64,000 bases of DNA, from assembly GCA_037444845.1 (NCBI GenBank), contig JBBILQ010000005.1, positions 6,185 to 70,184 of the forward strand. Direction: 5' to 3'. Numbering within the stretch: position 1 is the stretch's first letter; the number at the start of each line of letters is the position of its first letter. The stretch is from Candidatus Aminicenantes bacterium (GTDB taxonomy: Bacteria; Acidobacteriota; Aminicenantia; Aminicenantales; UBA8522). Below, piece after piece: positions 41,515 through 51,919 of this stretch. Both the position numbers and the translations under genes were made by a program. The notes below the pieces were generated by a model. The model was not told where the DNA came from and ran no database searches. It worked only from the letters and a program-made list of their open reading frames with translations.

Positions 41515-42819
41515 ATGGCCAAGAAAGAAGAAGCAAAAGTCCGGTACATCAGCCCCCTGCCCGAGCTGCGCGAGAAAGAGTACGACCCGTTTCTTGAAGC
41601 CACCCTGCAGTTCGAACGAGCAGCCACTTTTTTAGACCTGGACCACTGGATTTACCAGAGGCTCAAGTACCCGGAGCGAGAGCTCACCGTCCACTTAGCG
41701 ATCACACTTGATAACGGCCGAGCGGAAAGCTTCACGGGCTTTCGCGTCCAGCATTCCACTGTCCGCGGGCCGGCTAAAGGAGGCATCCGGTTCAGCCCGA
41801 ACGCATCGCTCAGCGAATGCAAGGCCCTTGCCACCTGGATGACCTGGAAATGCGCTGTCCTCGACCTTCCCTTCGGGGGCGGCAAAGGCGCGGTCATCTG
41901 CGACCCGCTCAAGATGTCGGAAAACGAGCTTAAGAAGCTGACCAAGGAGTACACCCTGGCTATCAGGGACATCATCGGGCCTTTTAAGGACATTCCAGCG
42001 CCGGATATGTTTACCAACGCCCAGACAATGGCCTGGATTGCCGACGCGTATGGCCAGGGGCAGGGATACCTGGAACCGGCGGTCGTCACCGGCAAGCCCG
42101 TCCACCTCTGGGGTTCTTTGGGGCGGGCCATGGCAACGGGCACAGGACTCTATTTCGTCCTCGAAGAAGCGGCCAAGCATCTCGATTTCCATCTTGAAGG
42201 AAAGAAGGTTGCTGTGCTCGGTTTCGGCAACGTCGGCTCTTCGATCGCCAAGCTCGTCCATCAAGCCGGCTGCACAATCATCGCCGTCACGGATATATTT
42301 GGAGGAATTCACAACGAGAAAGGCATCGACCCACTTGAGCTGGAAAAACAGGTTGCGCAAACGGGAAGCATCGTCAATTTCCCGGGGACAGAGCCGATCG
42401 ATAACGAAAGCTTGATTGCCCTGCCCTGCGACATCCTCATCCCCGCCGCCGTGGAAGGCCAGATCAACAGGGACAACGCGGACAGGGTGAAAGCCAGAAT
42501 CATCCTCGAAGGAGCAAACGGCCCGACGACCTTAGAGGCGGATGAGATCCTGAAAGATAAAAAAGTCCTCGTCGCGCCGGACATCCTGGCCAATGCCGGC
42601 GGAGTGACCGTCTCTTATCTTGAATGGGTCCAGAACCTTCAGAGGTATTTTTTCACAGAGGAGGAAGTCCGCGAAAAGACAGAAAAGAAGATGAAAAAGG
42701 CCTTCTGGGATGTCGTGGCCACGATGGAAAAATACGGCGTCACCATGAGGGAAGCAGCTTATATCCTGGCTGTAGGAAGGGTAGCGGAGTCCTTAACGGC
42801 CCTGGGAAGAGCCGCTTAG
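41515..42819 (+). CDS. gdh: Glutamate dehydrogenase (Glu/Leu/Phe/Val dehydrogenase family)
   Basis: 434 aa with the GGGKGAVICDP active-site Lys block and the GFGNVGS Rossmann motif. Confidence 0.9.
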   Translation: MAKKEEAKVRYISPLPELREKEYDPFLEATLQFERAATFLDLDHWIYQRLKYPERELTVHLAITLDNGRAESFTGFRVQHSTVRGPAKGGIRFSPNASLSECKALATWMTWKCAVLDLPFGGGKGAVICDPLKMSENELKKLTKEYTLAIRDIIGPFKDIPAPDMFTNAQTMAWIADAYGQGQGYLEPAVVTGKPVHLWGSLGRAMATGTGLYFVLEEAAKHLDFHLEGKKVAVLGFGNVGSSIAKLVHQAGCTIIAVTDIFGGIHNEKGIDPLELEKQVAQTGSIVNFPGTEPIDNESLIALPCDILIPAAVEGQINRDNADRVKARIILEGANGPTTLEADEILKDKKVLVAPDILANAGGVTVSYLEWVQNLQRYFFTEEEVREKTEKKMKKAFWDVVATMEKYGVTMREAAYILAVGRVAESLTALGRAA

Positions 42820-42856
42820 CCATCCGGGCTCACCTTCTTTCTTATAAATATGAACA

Positions 42857-42894
42857 GAGGGCGGGCAGCGGAACACATTCCCCTCCCCGCCCTC
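42857..42894. terminator. Hairpin between convergent genes (GAGGGCGGG / CCCGCCCTC, 20-nt loop)
   Basis: 9-bp GC stem with no clear U-run. Confidence 0.3.
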
Positions 42895-42924
42895 ACCCTA
42901 TTCTGAGCGTGAACGCGATCGACC

Positions 42925-45702
42925 TTAGAAATTGATGTAGAAAGACACGACGAACCTTCTCGGACTGGCGTAGGAAGTAGGCCTGCCGAAATTGGGATTT
43001 TCTGTCTTTGGAGTATAAGGGTCCCATTTTTCTACATCAAAGTATTTAACCGGGTCAACGTAAAGGACAGCCTGGTTATTAAAGAGGTTCATTATCCTTG
43101 CCTCGATGACACCGTTAAGCCTTCCAAAGGGAATGCGGTGCGAAAGCTGAAGATCAAGGTTTGCCCAAGGCTCAACCCTCCTGCTTCCCGCTGGCTCTAA
43201 ATATGCTCTGTTCGCATACCACCAGCTTCTTCCCTGAGCCTGCCAGGGCGCGCCGCTCTGATACCTGAAATAGGCTCCGATGGCCGTTCTCTTCCAGAAT
43301 TCCCAGGTAAAGAACGTTTTAAAAACATGTGTTCTATCTCCCAAAAGGGTGCCTTCTCTGTTAGGGTCTGTCATGTAAAGCCCGGGGCAATCATCAAGGG
43401 CAGAGGAGGCATAGAACAGGGATTCAGCATAGTCGAGGTCCCAGTTGCCATAAAGCTTGCTCCAGGTATACATCATTAGGAATGACCATCTCTCGGCATA
43501 GGGCCTCTGCACCTGGAGCGTAAACGCCCTATACTTTCTGCGAGCCCAGGGGACATCGCTGTACACAAATCGGGAAGGAGCAGTCCATTTTCCGAAATTT
43601 ATCAGGGGATAATCCTCGATGACGTTCTTAACCGTTCTAAACTGATACCATAAGTCAACCACCCAGCTTTTTCCAAAAAGCGGCCGGCTGTATCCAAAGA
43701 CAGTTTCATCCTGGTAAGTCGGCTTTATTTCGGGAAGAATAACCTTTCCTGTCTCCGCCGCTGAGGGAATTTCTCTTACAGGTGCTCCAGTGACCTCAAA
43801 ATATGCATCGATGCTAAAAATTCTCTTGGGGGCCGCGGCACGGGCAATGCTTTTGTTATCAAGAGCGTAATACCGGCCGAAATTACCGTAGAGTTTATCC
43901 CCGACTTTCTTATCAAGTACCAAGGTAAAACCAAGCCTTGGCTGAACCTCATCCGCAAAATCGAAATAGAACTTCCTTGTCTCTTTGCCCTTGGTCGAAT
44001 CGGCCAGCCAGGCGTCTTTATCCACGAGGAAAGAAAAGGCATTCTCTCCAAAGGTCAGGTATTCATCCCTGTTTAGAAGAACGCCGAGGTTGAGAGTCAA
44101 CCTTTCTCCTATGGTCACTGTATCCTGGACAAAAATAGCGTAGGTCCTTCCGGCAGACTTCTGAGTTGAGCCCTCCGGAAGGTATCTTGCCCGGAATCCA
44201 GGTCTTGAGGCGCCCCCGACAAACGGCGCAATGTTAGAGAAGTAAGTAATAGAGCCCCATCCATTGGCCACTCTATCGAGATACTCGCCACCATGATCAA
44301 ACCCAAAGCCTGCCTTTATGACATGGGTATGGTACCTAAAATCAAGATACTGAGTAAAAACTATTTTGAGCTCGTCCCGGAAGAAATCCTGCGTGTTGAA
44401 CATAGAGGCCCCGCCGACAAAAAGACCAGTTGCCGGGGCACCAAACATGTATCCTGAGACAGTTGCGAAATAGCCCATTCTATCAAGCCTTGCGGGGTCA
44501 AAAGCGGGCTTGTAGCCAAGCTCCGTCACTGGAACATCCCTGTTTTTCTGATCAACATGGTCATACTTTAATTCCAGGTAGGAGTTGGGGTTAATCACCC
44601 ATGTCCAGGAAAAATAGTAGATCCGCTCCGTCCCTTTATAGTTTGTGGCTGTGGAGGGATGGTCATTAACTCCAATCCCCGCATTCTCCCCTTCCGTCGA
44701 ACTGCTTCTGAGACTGGCGACAAATTGATGCTTGCGATGGGGATTGGCGCTGAGCTTCAGGAAGAATTCGTTGGTAGGATATTTTGAGTCAGGAACAGGA
44801 CCCCATCTATTGACCCTCCCCGTTGTTTTTGAATAGGGCAGATTGCCCGAGAAATACCACCATAATTTGTCCTTGATAAGTGGGCCTCCCAACCCGAGGG
44901 ATGGCCGGCTTACATCGGTCTTGGTGACGATGGTCGGGTCCTTGAACTTGGCGTACCAGTCTGCTGGCTCATAGACAAACCTGAGTGAACCTGAGAGGTT
45001 ATTTGTCCCTGACCTGGTAATAGCGTTCGTGACCATGCCCACGGCTCTCCCGAATTCAGCCGAGACGGCCCCTCTCTTTATATTAATTTCCTGAATATCC
45101 AGTTCTGAGAAGCTCGAAAACAAATTAGCAAAGAATGGGTTGGTGACGTTAGAGCCATCGTAAAGGAATACGTTGTCTTGCTGATTCCCGCCGGCATTCA
45201 ACCTTCCTCCAGCCACCCCTGGAGCAAGGGCGATGAGGGAACCATAGGTCCTTCCGAGCGGCAGATTCTGAATGACTTTTGATTCAATACTGGTTGATAT
45301 TTCAGTAGATTTGACATCGACTAACGGAGAAGCGGCCGTTACCGTAACTTCCTCCTCAACCCTTCCTACAGGAACCATGATAGCTTCAACCTGGGTTTCC
45401 TTGTCGAGGGCGACGATGACTTCAAGAGACAGGTCGATCATTTCTTGATGGGTTAATTCCAGTGTGTATCTTCCGGGAAGGAGTCCAGCAAACCGGAACA
45501 AGCCATTATCAGTTGTGGTGTATTCTCTCCCCGCTGGAAGAAGCGCCCCGGATATTTTTGCCTTTGCCTTGGCCAAGGGCACACCCTCTATGCTCTTAGC
45601 AACTCCAGAAACAGACCCCCTGGTTCCAACTGCCTGAGAATAGGCAAAGGAACATATAATAACCACCATTAGAATTAGAATCAACGGCTCTAATTTTTTC
45701 AT
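42925..45702 (-). CDS. Oar-like TonB-dependent outer-membrane receptor with an N-terminal carboxypeptidase-regulatory-like domain
   Basis: 925 aa. Signal peptide, a CarbPepD_reg-like N-terminal domain, a long beta-barrel region, and a terminal ...SFYINF. Confidence 0.65.
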   Translation of the reverse strand: MKKLEPLILILMVVIICSFAYSQAVGTRGSVSGVAKSIEGVPLAKAKAKISGALLPAGREYTTTDNGLFRFAGLLPGRYTLELTHQEMIDLSLEVIVALDKETQVEAIMVPVGRVEEEVTVTAASPLVDVKSTEISTSIESKVIQNLPLGRTYGSLIALAPGVAGGRLNAGGNQQDNVFLYDGSNVTNPFFANLFSSFSELDIQEINIKRGAVSAEFGRAVGMVTNAITRSGTNNLSGSLRFVYEPADWYAKFKDPTIVTKTDVSRPSLGLGGPLIKDKLWWYFSGNLPYSKTTGRVNRWGPVPDSKYPTNEFFLKLSANPHRKHQFVASLRSSSTEGENAGIGVNDHPSTATNYKGTERIYYFSWTWVINPNSYLELKYDHVDQKNRDVPVTELGYKPAFDPARLDRMGYFATVSGYMFGAPATGLFVGGASMFNTQDFFRDELKIVFTQYLDFRYHTHVIKAGFGFDHGGEYLDRVANGWGSITYFSNIAPFVGGASRPGFRARYLPEGSTQKSAGRTYAIFVQDTVTIGERLTLNLGVLLNRDEYLTFGENAFSFLVDKDAWLADSTKGKETRKFYFDFADEVQPRLGFTLVLDKKVGDKLYGNFGRYYALDNKSIARAAAPKRIFSIDAYFEVTGAPVREIPSAAETGKVILPEIKPTYQDETVFGYSRPLFGKSWVVDLWYQFRTVKNVIEDYPLINFGKWTAPSRFVYSDVPWARRKYRAFTLQVQRPYAERWSFLMMYTWSKLYGNWDLDYAESLFYASSALDDCPGLYMTDPNREGTLLGDRTHVFKTFFTWEFWKRTAIGAYFRYQSGAPWQAQGRSWWYANRAYLEPAGSRRVEPWANLDLQLSHRIPFGRLNGVIEARIMNLFNNQAVLYVDPVKYFDVEKWDPYTPKTENPNFGRPTSYASPRRFVVSFYINF

Positions 45703-45980
45703 TTTTTCCTCCTTTCTTTCCGTTATGAATCTTCCCTCCCTCTGCTTGTCTTAAAAATTCTCACTTCTTCAGTCAATAAACTGGGCTATTCTTCTTTAGT
45801 TCTTTCTCCCTCCACGGCCTTGCAATCTAATCTATATATAAATCCACTCAAATAAAATGTCAACTCAAGATTTTTCTTGCCCTCTCCCGGTTCTGGGACG
45901 TCGGACCTGATAACATATCCTCGAGCGCCTTCCTAATCCCTCCATCAAACTCCTGTCACTCCTCTCGGATATCAGTCATC

Positions 45981-47552
45981 CTATTTGTCACAGAACTTGA
46001 GGGGCTTTCGACGGCGCAAGGAAAGGGCGGAAGGCGTCAACGCAATGCCTCCAAGAGAGGTGCAGCGAAGTTCAGGCGGAAGCATCTGGCCGACAGAGAA
46101 GACGGCATCGATTGTCTCGTCGAGGGGGATGGGATTCCTGTACCCTCCTATGATCATGTCTGCGCAGACAAAAGCGCCCGCTGCAGCCATCGCGTTTCGG
46201 GTATGGCAAGGGATTTCGCAAACTCCCTGAACGAGGTCGCAAACTGAGCCCATGGTGTTCTGCAGGGAAATAGCCGCTGCATCGCTTGCTTGCTCGGCTG
46301 TGCCACCTCCCGCTTCGACGACCGCAGCCGCGGCCATGGCTGCGGCAGATCCGACCTCTACCTGGCAGCCGGCGATTTCAGCGGCAAAAGTCGCCCGCCT
46401 GGCAATGATCAGGCCGACCGCTCCTGCAGCAAAAAGGCTCAATGCTATTCCATCGAGACTCAAGTCTTTCTCTTCGGCCAGAGTCGCCAAAACCGCCGGG
46501 ATGACTCCTGAAGAGGCGCCGGTTGGCGCAGCGCAGACGACTCCCCCGCTGTTGCTGACATGAAGGACGGCCAAGGCACGAGCCGCCGCCCTGGTGGCTG
46601 CGCCTCCCGCAGGTGTTTTTCCTTCTGCCTCAGCCCGTAAAATGGCCGCTGCCGAAGGCTCAAGATGCTTCATTTTCAGGCTCTCGCCCCGGAGGCCTTG
46701 ATGAATGGCAGAGCGCATGATTTCCCATCGCTGGAGCATCTCAGCTTTGGCGGCCTCTTCAGACATTCCCAGGAGCACCGACTCGTACTCCAGCGCGGCT
46801 CTGCCGAGTGAACAGCCGCGCCCGCGGGCCACCGAAATCATGTCCCCGGCTGTGGAAAATAAAGGCTCTCCCTGCTGAACATAGAAAATTGGGGGAACAG
46901 ACCAAAGTCTGCGCACTGGAGAAAAACGTCGCAGTCTGTTGAGAGCAGCGTCATTCCATCGTCTGCGGCACTGAACCTGCAGCAAGGTTAAATTTCTTCG
47001 GCTCTGCACCTCTGGCGACCCGATGTCTTCATTTTCATCCCTCAGGGCAGTCATGATACCAGGCTCGGCCCCGCGCTCTGACTCGATAAGCAAGACAAAA
47101 GATTTGCCCGTCAGGCGAACGTTCCAGTCCTCGAGCTCGTTGATAATGATCAGCCCTCCGCCAGTTGATTGGGCCCCAAGGCGCAACTTTTTCCCGGATT
47201 GCCCCGTCATCTCGATTTTGACAGCGTTGGGATGATCAGCTTTTTCTAACGGACTCACCCTGAATTCCATGGAAATCCCAGACCGAGAAGCAAACTCAAG
47301 GGCCAGGGGAAACCGGTCATCCGTTATCGGCCACTCCAGGAACCCTGCCGCAAACGCGAGGTCCCCTCCCTGCTCGCTGTAGGTCCTGGCATAAGAACCC
47401 CGGGGGTCAAAGGCGAGCCTTACCCAAGCGGGCTTTTCTCCAAGCAATAACCTGGCCATCCTGCCAACCCTGTAGGAGCCGGCTGTGTGGGAGCTGGAGG
47501 GCCCACGCATGACCGGTCCGATGACATCGTTAAAAATGCTGATGAATTCCAT
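45981..47552 (-). CDS. sdaA: L-serine dehydratase, Fe-S dependent, single-chain (beta and alpha domains fused)
   Basis: MEFISIFNDVIGPVMRGPSSSHTAG N-terminus and a Cys-containing alpha domain. ATG at 47552. Confidence 0.85.
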   Translation of the reverse strand: MEFISIFNDVIGPVMRGPSSSHTAGSYRVGRMARLLLGEKPAWVRLAFDPRGSYARTYSEQGGDLAFAAGFLEWPITDDRFPLALEFASRSGISMEFRVSPLEKADHPNAVKIEMTGQSGKKLRLGAQSTGGGLIIINELEDWNVRLTGKSFVLLIESERGAEPGIMTALRDENEDIGSPEVQSRRNLTLLQVQCRRRWNDAALNRLRRFSPVRRLWSVPPIFYVQQGEPLFSTAGDMISVARGRGCSLGRAALEYESVLLGMSEEAAKAEMLQRWEIMRSAIHQGLRGESLKMKHLEPSAAAILRAEAEGKTPAGGAATRAAARALAVLHVSNSGGVVCAAPTGASSGVIPAVLATLAEEKDLSLDGIALSLFAAGAVGLIIARRATFAAEIAGCQVEVGSAAAMAAAAVVEAGGGTAEQASDAAAISLQNTMGSVCDLVQGVCEIPCHTRNAMAAAGAFVCADMIIGGYRNPIPLDETIDAVFSVGQMLPPELRCTSLGGIALTPSALSLRRRKPLKFCDK

Positions 47553-47566
47553 GTGCGCCCTCATTC

Positions 47567-47842
47567 TCAAATCATCAAATCGCCGCCGTTGATGTCGATC
47601 GAGGCGCCGGTGATGTAAGCGGCTTTTTCCGAACAGAGGAAGACAACGAGGTCGCCGATTTCCTCCGGACGGCCCAGCCTTTTCACCGGAAAAGAGCGGA
47701 TAAACTCCCGGAGCTCATCGCTTGTCGTCGTGGCCCGGGCCATCTTCGTGTCGATCAGGCCGGGGCAGACGGCGTTGACGGTGATGCCATAGGCTGCGAC
47801 CTCTTTGGCCGCCGCCCGTGACGATGGACACTCGACCTTCAA
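47567..47842 (-). pseudogene. 5'-truncated remnant of a short-chain dehydrogenase/reductase (FabG-like) gene
   Basis: Only the C-terminal ~90 aa of an SDR is present (YGITVNAVCPGLIDT...ITGASIDINGG). The Rossmann N-terminus (~160 aa) is missing; only 79 bp separate it from the deoC stop. Confidence 0.65.
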
Positions 47843-47921
47843 GTTCTCTACTCTCCCTCTTCATGCTCAAACCTCCCTGATGGTTGCCCTGGTTGTCTTC
47901 TTCCCCTGCCTGCTCAAGGGT

Positions 47922-48605
47922 TTAGTGAGATGAAGCGCTCTCCTTCAGCTTTTCCAGAATGGCCACAGTAGCCGTGGCGCCGATGCGAGAACAGCCCAGT
48001 TTTTTAACTTCAATGGCCCTCTCCAGGGTCCGGATACCTCCGGCTGCTTTAAGCTTTATCGAAGGCTTGGTGTATTCTCTCATCAGCCTGAGATCATGGT
48101 CTGTAGCGCCGCCGCTTCCGAACCCGGTCGATGTCTTGACGTAATCGACGCCGACCTCGTCAGCGATCCTGCAGGCGGCGATCTTCTCCTCATCAGTAAG
48201 ATAGCAGTTCTCGAAGATAACCTTGACGATGACGCCTTTGGCATGGGCGGCCTTGGTGACAGCGTCAAGGTCTTTCTTGACATAAGCGCAATCCCCGGAT
48301 TTCAACTTGCCGATGTTCAGCACGATATCGAGCTCGACCGCTCCGTCCTCGATAGCTTTCTTCGCCTCAAAGACTTTCGTCGCTGTTGTCGTCGCCCCGT
48401 GAGGAAACCCGATGACCGTGCCAACCCGCACCGGGCTGTCCTTCAACAGCTCAGCAGCCCGCCGGACATCGCAGGGCCGGACGCAGACGCTCGCCACTCT
48501 GTATTCATGAGCCAGCCTGCAGCCTTCTTCAACCTCTCTTTCCGTCAGGGACGGCTTAAGCAGGGAATGGTCGATCATCCCGGCGATCTCTTCATGCGTC
48601 GCCAT
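47922..48605 (-). CDS. deoC: Deoxyribose-phosphate aldolase
   Basis: 227 aa TIM barrel with DHSLLKP and VDYVKTSTGF (Schiff-base Lys) motifs. Confidence 0.85.
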   Translation of the reverse strand: MATHEEIAGMIDHSLLKPSLTEREVEEGCRLAHEYRVASVCVRPCDVRRAAELLKDSPVRVGTVIGFPHGATTTATKVFEAKKAIEDGAVELDIVLNIGKLKSGDCAYVKKDLDAVTKAAHAKGVIVKVIFENCYLTDEEKIAACRIADEVGVDYVKTSTGFGSGGATDHDLRLMREYTKPSIKLKAAGGIRTLERAIEVKKLGCSRIGATATVAILEKLKESASSH

Positions 48606-49680
48606 GGCTTTCTCCTTGTTTCAAGTTCCCGGCGCCTGCTTCTCGGCCGTTTCGGATGATGGCTTTGATCACGCCATCACGGTAGTTTGCCGCAAGCTCA
48701 AAAGCCTCAGCAGCCTCCTCCAGCCTGAACTCATGCGTGGCCAGGAAACGGACGCCTGCCTTTTTTGTCTTGATAAGGTCGAGAGCTTCTTCGTAACAGT
48801 GCCTCTGACGCCGGACGTTGAACATAGCGATTTCTTTGCGCCTGAGTTTATGGACGTCAAAAGAAACACGATCCACGGCCGGGATGCCGAGGATCATCAG
48901 CTTGCCTCCCGGCCTCAGCAAATCGACAGCTTGACCGAGGGCTGACGGGTCGCCCGAGCATTCGAAGACCGCATCAAGCTGGCCCGGCTCCTGCCTGGCG
49001 ATTTCAGCCACGATGTCTTCCTGGTCAGGATTCCCGGACCACACAGCTCCCGCCGTCCGAGATGCTGTGACTCGAGCGTCAACTTTGTCCGTTGCATAGA
49101 TCTTGGAGACGCCGTATGCGTGAGCCGCGAGAAGGACGCTGAGACCGATCGGGCCGGCGCCGAGGATAGCTATTTTTTGAGGGACGGGACCGTCAAGCAG
49201 CCTGAAACTGTGGATGCCTATGGACAGAGGTTCGACAAGCACTCCTTCTTCGAAGGTCACGCCTTCTTCGAGCGGATAGCAGTTCTCGGCAGGGATGACG
49301 ATGAATTCGCTCAGGCAACCATCGAGCTGGCCGGGCGTTCCGAGGAAAAGAAGCCGGCGGCAGGTGTTCGGCCGGCCGGCAAGGCACTGGTCACAGGTTC
49401 GGCAGACGACCGCCGGGTCCACGGCCACCCGGCTGCCTGGCTTGAGGCCCTGGACTGATCTCCCGGCCTCTTCAATCACGCCGGCGCACTCATGACCGAC
49501 AGTGAAAGGATACGCAACGACCTGATCGCCAATCCGGCCCTCATGATAATAATGGATATCCGAGCCGCACAGCCCGACAGCGCTGACGCGAACGAGGACG
49601 TCATTATGCTTGTCAAGGGCAGGCTTTGGGATTTCGCGAATTTCTATCTTCCTGATTCCCGCGAGGACGGCAGCTTTCAT
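48592..49680 (-). CDS. Zn-dependent alcohol/polyol dehydrogenase (sorbitol/threonine dehydrogenase family)
   Basis: GLCGSDIH, GHECAG, the structural-Zn Cys quartet (CRTCDQCLAGRPNTC), and GAGPIG Rossmann. Confidence 0.75.
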   Translation of the reverse strand: MKAAVLAGIRKIEIREIPKPALDKHNDVLVRVSAVGLCGSDIHYYHEGRIGDQVVAYPFTVGHECAGVIEEAGRSVQGLKPGSRVAVDPAVVCRTCDQCLAGRPNTCRRLLFLGTPGQLDGCLSEFIVIPAENCYPLEEGVTFEEGVLVEPLSIGIHSFRLLDGPVPQKIAILGAGPIGLSVLLAAHAYGVSKIYATDKVDARVTASRTAGAVWSGNPDQEDIVAEIARQEPGQLDAVFECSGDPSALGQAVDLLRPGGKLMILGIPAVDRVSFDVHKLRRKEIAMFNVRRQRHCYEEALDLIKTKKAGVRFLATHEFRLEEAAEAFELAANYRDGVIKAIIRNGREAGAGNLKQGESHGDA

Positions 49681-49733
49681 TTTTTCTCATCCCCTTTCCA
49701 AGTCAAGAAAATCCGGATGTCGGTTATAGCTCG

Positions 49734-51215
49734 CTATCTAAACGGGTTTTCGCCCGGGTAGAACATGCCTGCGGGCTGGTTAAAAAACACCTCTTCCACG
49801 CCTAACATCCGGACCGCCGCAAAAAGCGGTTTCCCGGCATGCAAGAAGGCCACCGCGGTGTGGTGGGGAAACCTCTTTTCGATCAAGACATGGCGATAGA
49901 ACCGGGCCATTTCTCTGACGGCGAAAACGCCGATGCCTCCAAAGGACTTCGGGTCGATGTCCAGGACTTCGCCCTCTGCCACGTAAGAGCGGAGAGTGGT
50001 TCCGGCCGTGGACTGGAGCCTGAAAATGGTCACCGCGCCCGGTCTGATGCGGCCTTCCATTGTTCCCCTCGTGATATCAGGCTCCTTGTCCCCCTCCATC
50101 AGCCTGTGCATGATGAGCTGGTATTTCAGGGCTCCGCCGGCCAAGCAAACCAGCGGTGTGTTGCCGCAATGGAATCCCATGAACAGGTCGGCGAGCTGGT
50201 AATCTTTGATTTTTTTCCCGGAAGCCTTCACCATGTCAGCCGGCACGGTGTTGTTGATGTCCAACAGTGTGGCGGGCAGCTCGGTCGCGCAGGTGGCCAT
50301 GTATTCGCTCAGGGCGCCGTAGATATCGACCTCGCAGGCGACAGGAATCCCCTTGGCCGCCAAACGGGAGTTGACGTAACAGGGAACGAACCCGAAATAT
50401 TTCTCGAAGGAAGGCCAGCACTTGTTGGCAAAAATGCCGTGCGAAGAAGCGCCGAGGTTGGCCTCAAAAAACATCATCAGGGCGATTTCGTACTGGGCCA
50501 GCTTCTCAAGGAGGTCGGGATAAGCCAGCCCCTTCCCGAGCTCTTTGGCCATGTCTCTGGCCACAGCCTTGATTCTTCGATCCCCGCGTGCGGCCTGGTA
50601 GATGTCGTAGAGGTCGAGCTCGCTGTTCTCCATTATTTCAACGCCCAAGTCATAAAGAGGCTTAAGGGGAGCGTTGCAGGCAAGGAAATCCTGAGGCCGG
50701 GGGCCGAAAGCAAAAACCTTGAGCTTTTTTAAGCCCGCGATGACCCGGGCCACAGGGATAAAATCGCCGATCATCCCGGCGACCTCGGCCGCCGTGCCGA
50801 CCGGATACTCCGGAATGTACGGGTTCAGACCTCTCAGGCCGATATTGTAACTTGCGCTGAGCAACCCGCAGAAAGCGTCCCCCCGGCCGCCGTACAGGTC
50901 TTTTCCCGTCTCCTCGGCTGCGGCCGCGAACATCACCGGCCCGTCAAACCGCTGGGCCAGGAGTGTCGCTGGGCCTTCCGGCCCAAAATTCCCGAGATAA
51001 ACGATAAGGGCGTTGATACCCCTGGTCTTGACCTCTTCCAGAGCTCTGAGGGCATCGCTTTCTTTCTCGACAACTGTCTTGATTTCCGTGATGGGTATTT
51101 TTTTTGCCCGGCAGGCTTCGGCCACGTTGACCCTTCTTTGCCTGGAAAGCTCGAGCGGGAAACAGTCGCGGCTCACGGCCACGATTCCGGGTTTAAGCCG
51201 GGGAATATTTGTCAT
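49734..51215 (-). CDS. L-arabinose isomerase-like protein (FucI/AraA superfamily)
   Basis: 493 aa. Lies directly downstream of araB-araD with a 4-bp overlap; the domain layout matches the sugar isomerase family. Confidence 0.55.
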   Translation of the reverse strand: MTNIPRLKPGIVAVSRDCFPLELSRQRRVNVAEACRAKKIPITEIKTVVEKESDALRALEEVKTRGINALIVYLGNFGPEGPATLLAQRFDGPVMFAAAAEETGKDLYGGRGDAFCGLLSASYNIGLRGLNPYIPEYPVGTAAEVAGMIGDFIPVARVIAGLKKLKVFAFGPRPQDFLACNAPLKPLYDLGVEIMENSELDLYDIYQAARGDRRIKAVARDMAKELGKGLAYPDLLEKLAQYEIALMMFFEANLGASSHGIFANKCWPSFEKYFGFVPCYVNSRLAAKGIPVACEVDIYGALSEYMATCATELPATLLDINNTVPADMVKASGKKIKDYQLADLFMGFHCGNTPLVCLAGGALKYQLIMHRLMEGDKEPDITRGTMEGRIRPGAVTIFRLQSTAGTTLRSYVAEGEVLDIDPKSFGGIGVFAVREMARFYRHVLIEKRFPHHTAVAFLHAGKPLFAAVRMLGVEEVFFNQPAGMFYPGENPFR

Positions 51216-51919
51216 TCCCTCCCTCCTCTTTTCTGGCCGTAATAGGCGCCGGAGCCGTGCTTTCGTTGATGATGTTTCTCCAGAAGATAGCGCGGGAAGA
51301 CAGCGCAGCGCCGGCTCAAAAGCAAGGTCCCGAAGGCCATTTTGGCAATTTTCTCTAAAGCCAGGCTATTCTCCACCGCTTCCCCGGGAGTCTTTCCCCA
51401 GGTGAAGGCGCCGTGCCCGGCCACAAGAACGCCGGGAATATCTTCCGGGCTCAGGCTCTGGAACCGCTCGACGATGACCAGACCCGTGTTTTTCTCGTAA
51501 TCCCGCTTGACTTCAGCCCGCCTCATGAAACGAGTGACGGGCACGGCTCCATAAAAAACATCCGCGTGCGTCGTCCCCAGGCAGGGGATCTCCCGGCCTG
51601 CCTGGGCGAAAATTGCGGCGTACTCGCTGTGAGTGTGGGCAACGGCAGCGATACCCGGAAAAGCCTTGTAGAGCTCGAGATGAGACGGCGTGTCTGAAGA
51701 AGGGACGAGGCTTCCCTCCACGCATTTCCCTTCGAGGTCGATGAGGACGATATCCGATGGCTTTAATTCCTTATAAGATACACCGCTCGGCTTGATGGCC
51801 ACCAGGCCTTTTTTCCGGTCAACTCCGCTGACATTGCCCCACGTGAGGGTCACCAGGTTGAGCCTGACCAGTTCCAGGTTGGCTCGCCAGACTTTCTCTT
51901 TGAGAGCCCGGAGCATCAC
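51212..51919 (-). CDS. araD: L-ribulose-5-phosphate 4-epimerase (class II aldolase fold)
   Basis: 235 aa with the metal-binding His block (AVAHTHSEYA). Confidence 0.8.
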   Translation of the reverse strand: MMLRALKEKVWRANLELVRLNLVTLTWGNVSGVDRKKGLVAIKPSGVSYKELKPSDIVLIDLEGKCVEGSLVPSSDTPSHLELYKAFPGIAAVAHTHSEYAAIFAQAGREIPCLGTTHADVFYGAVPVTRFMRRAEVKRDYEKNTGLVIVERFQSLSPEDIPGVLVAGHGAFTWGKTPGEAVENSLALEKIAKMAFGTLLLSRRCAVFPRYLLEKHHQRKHGSGAYYGQKRGGRE

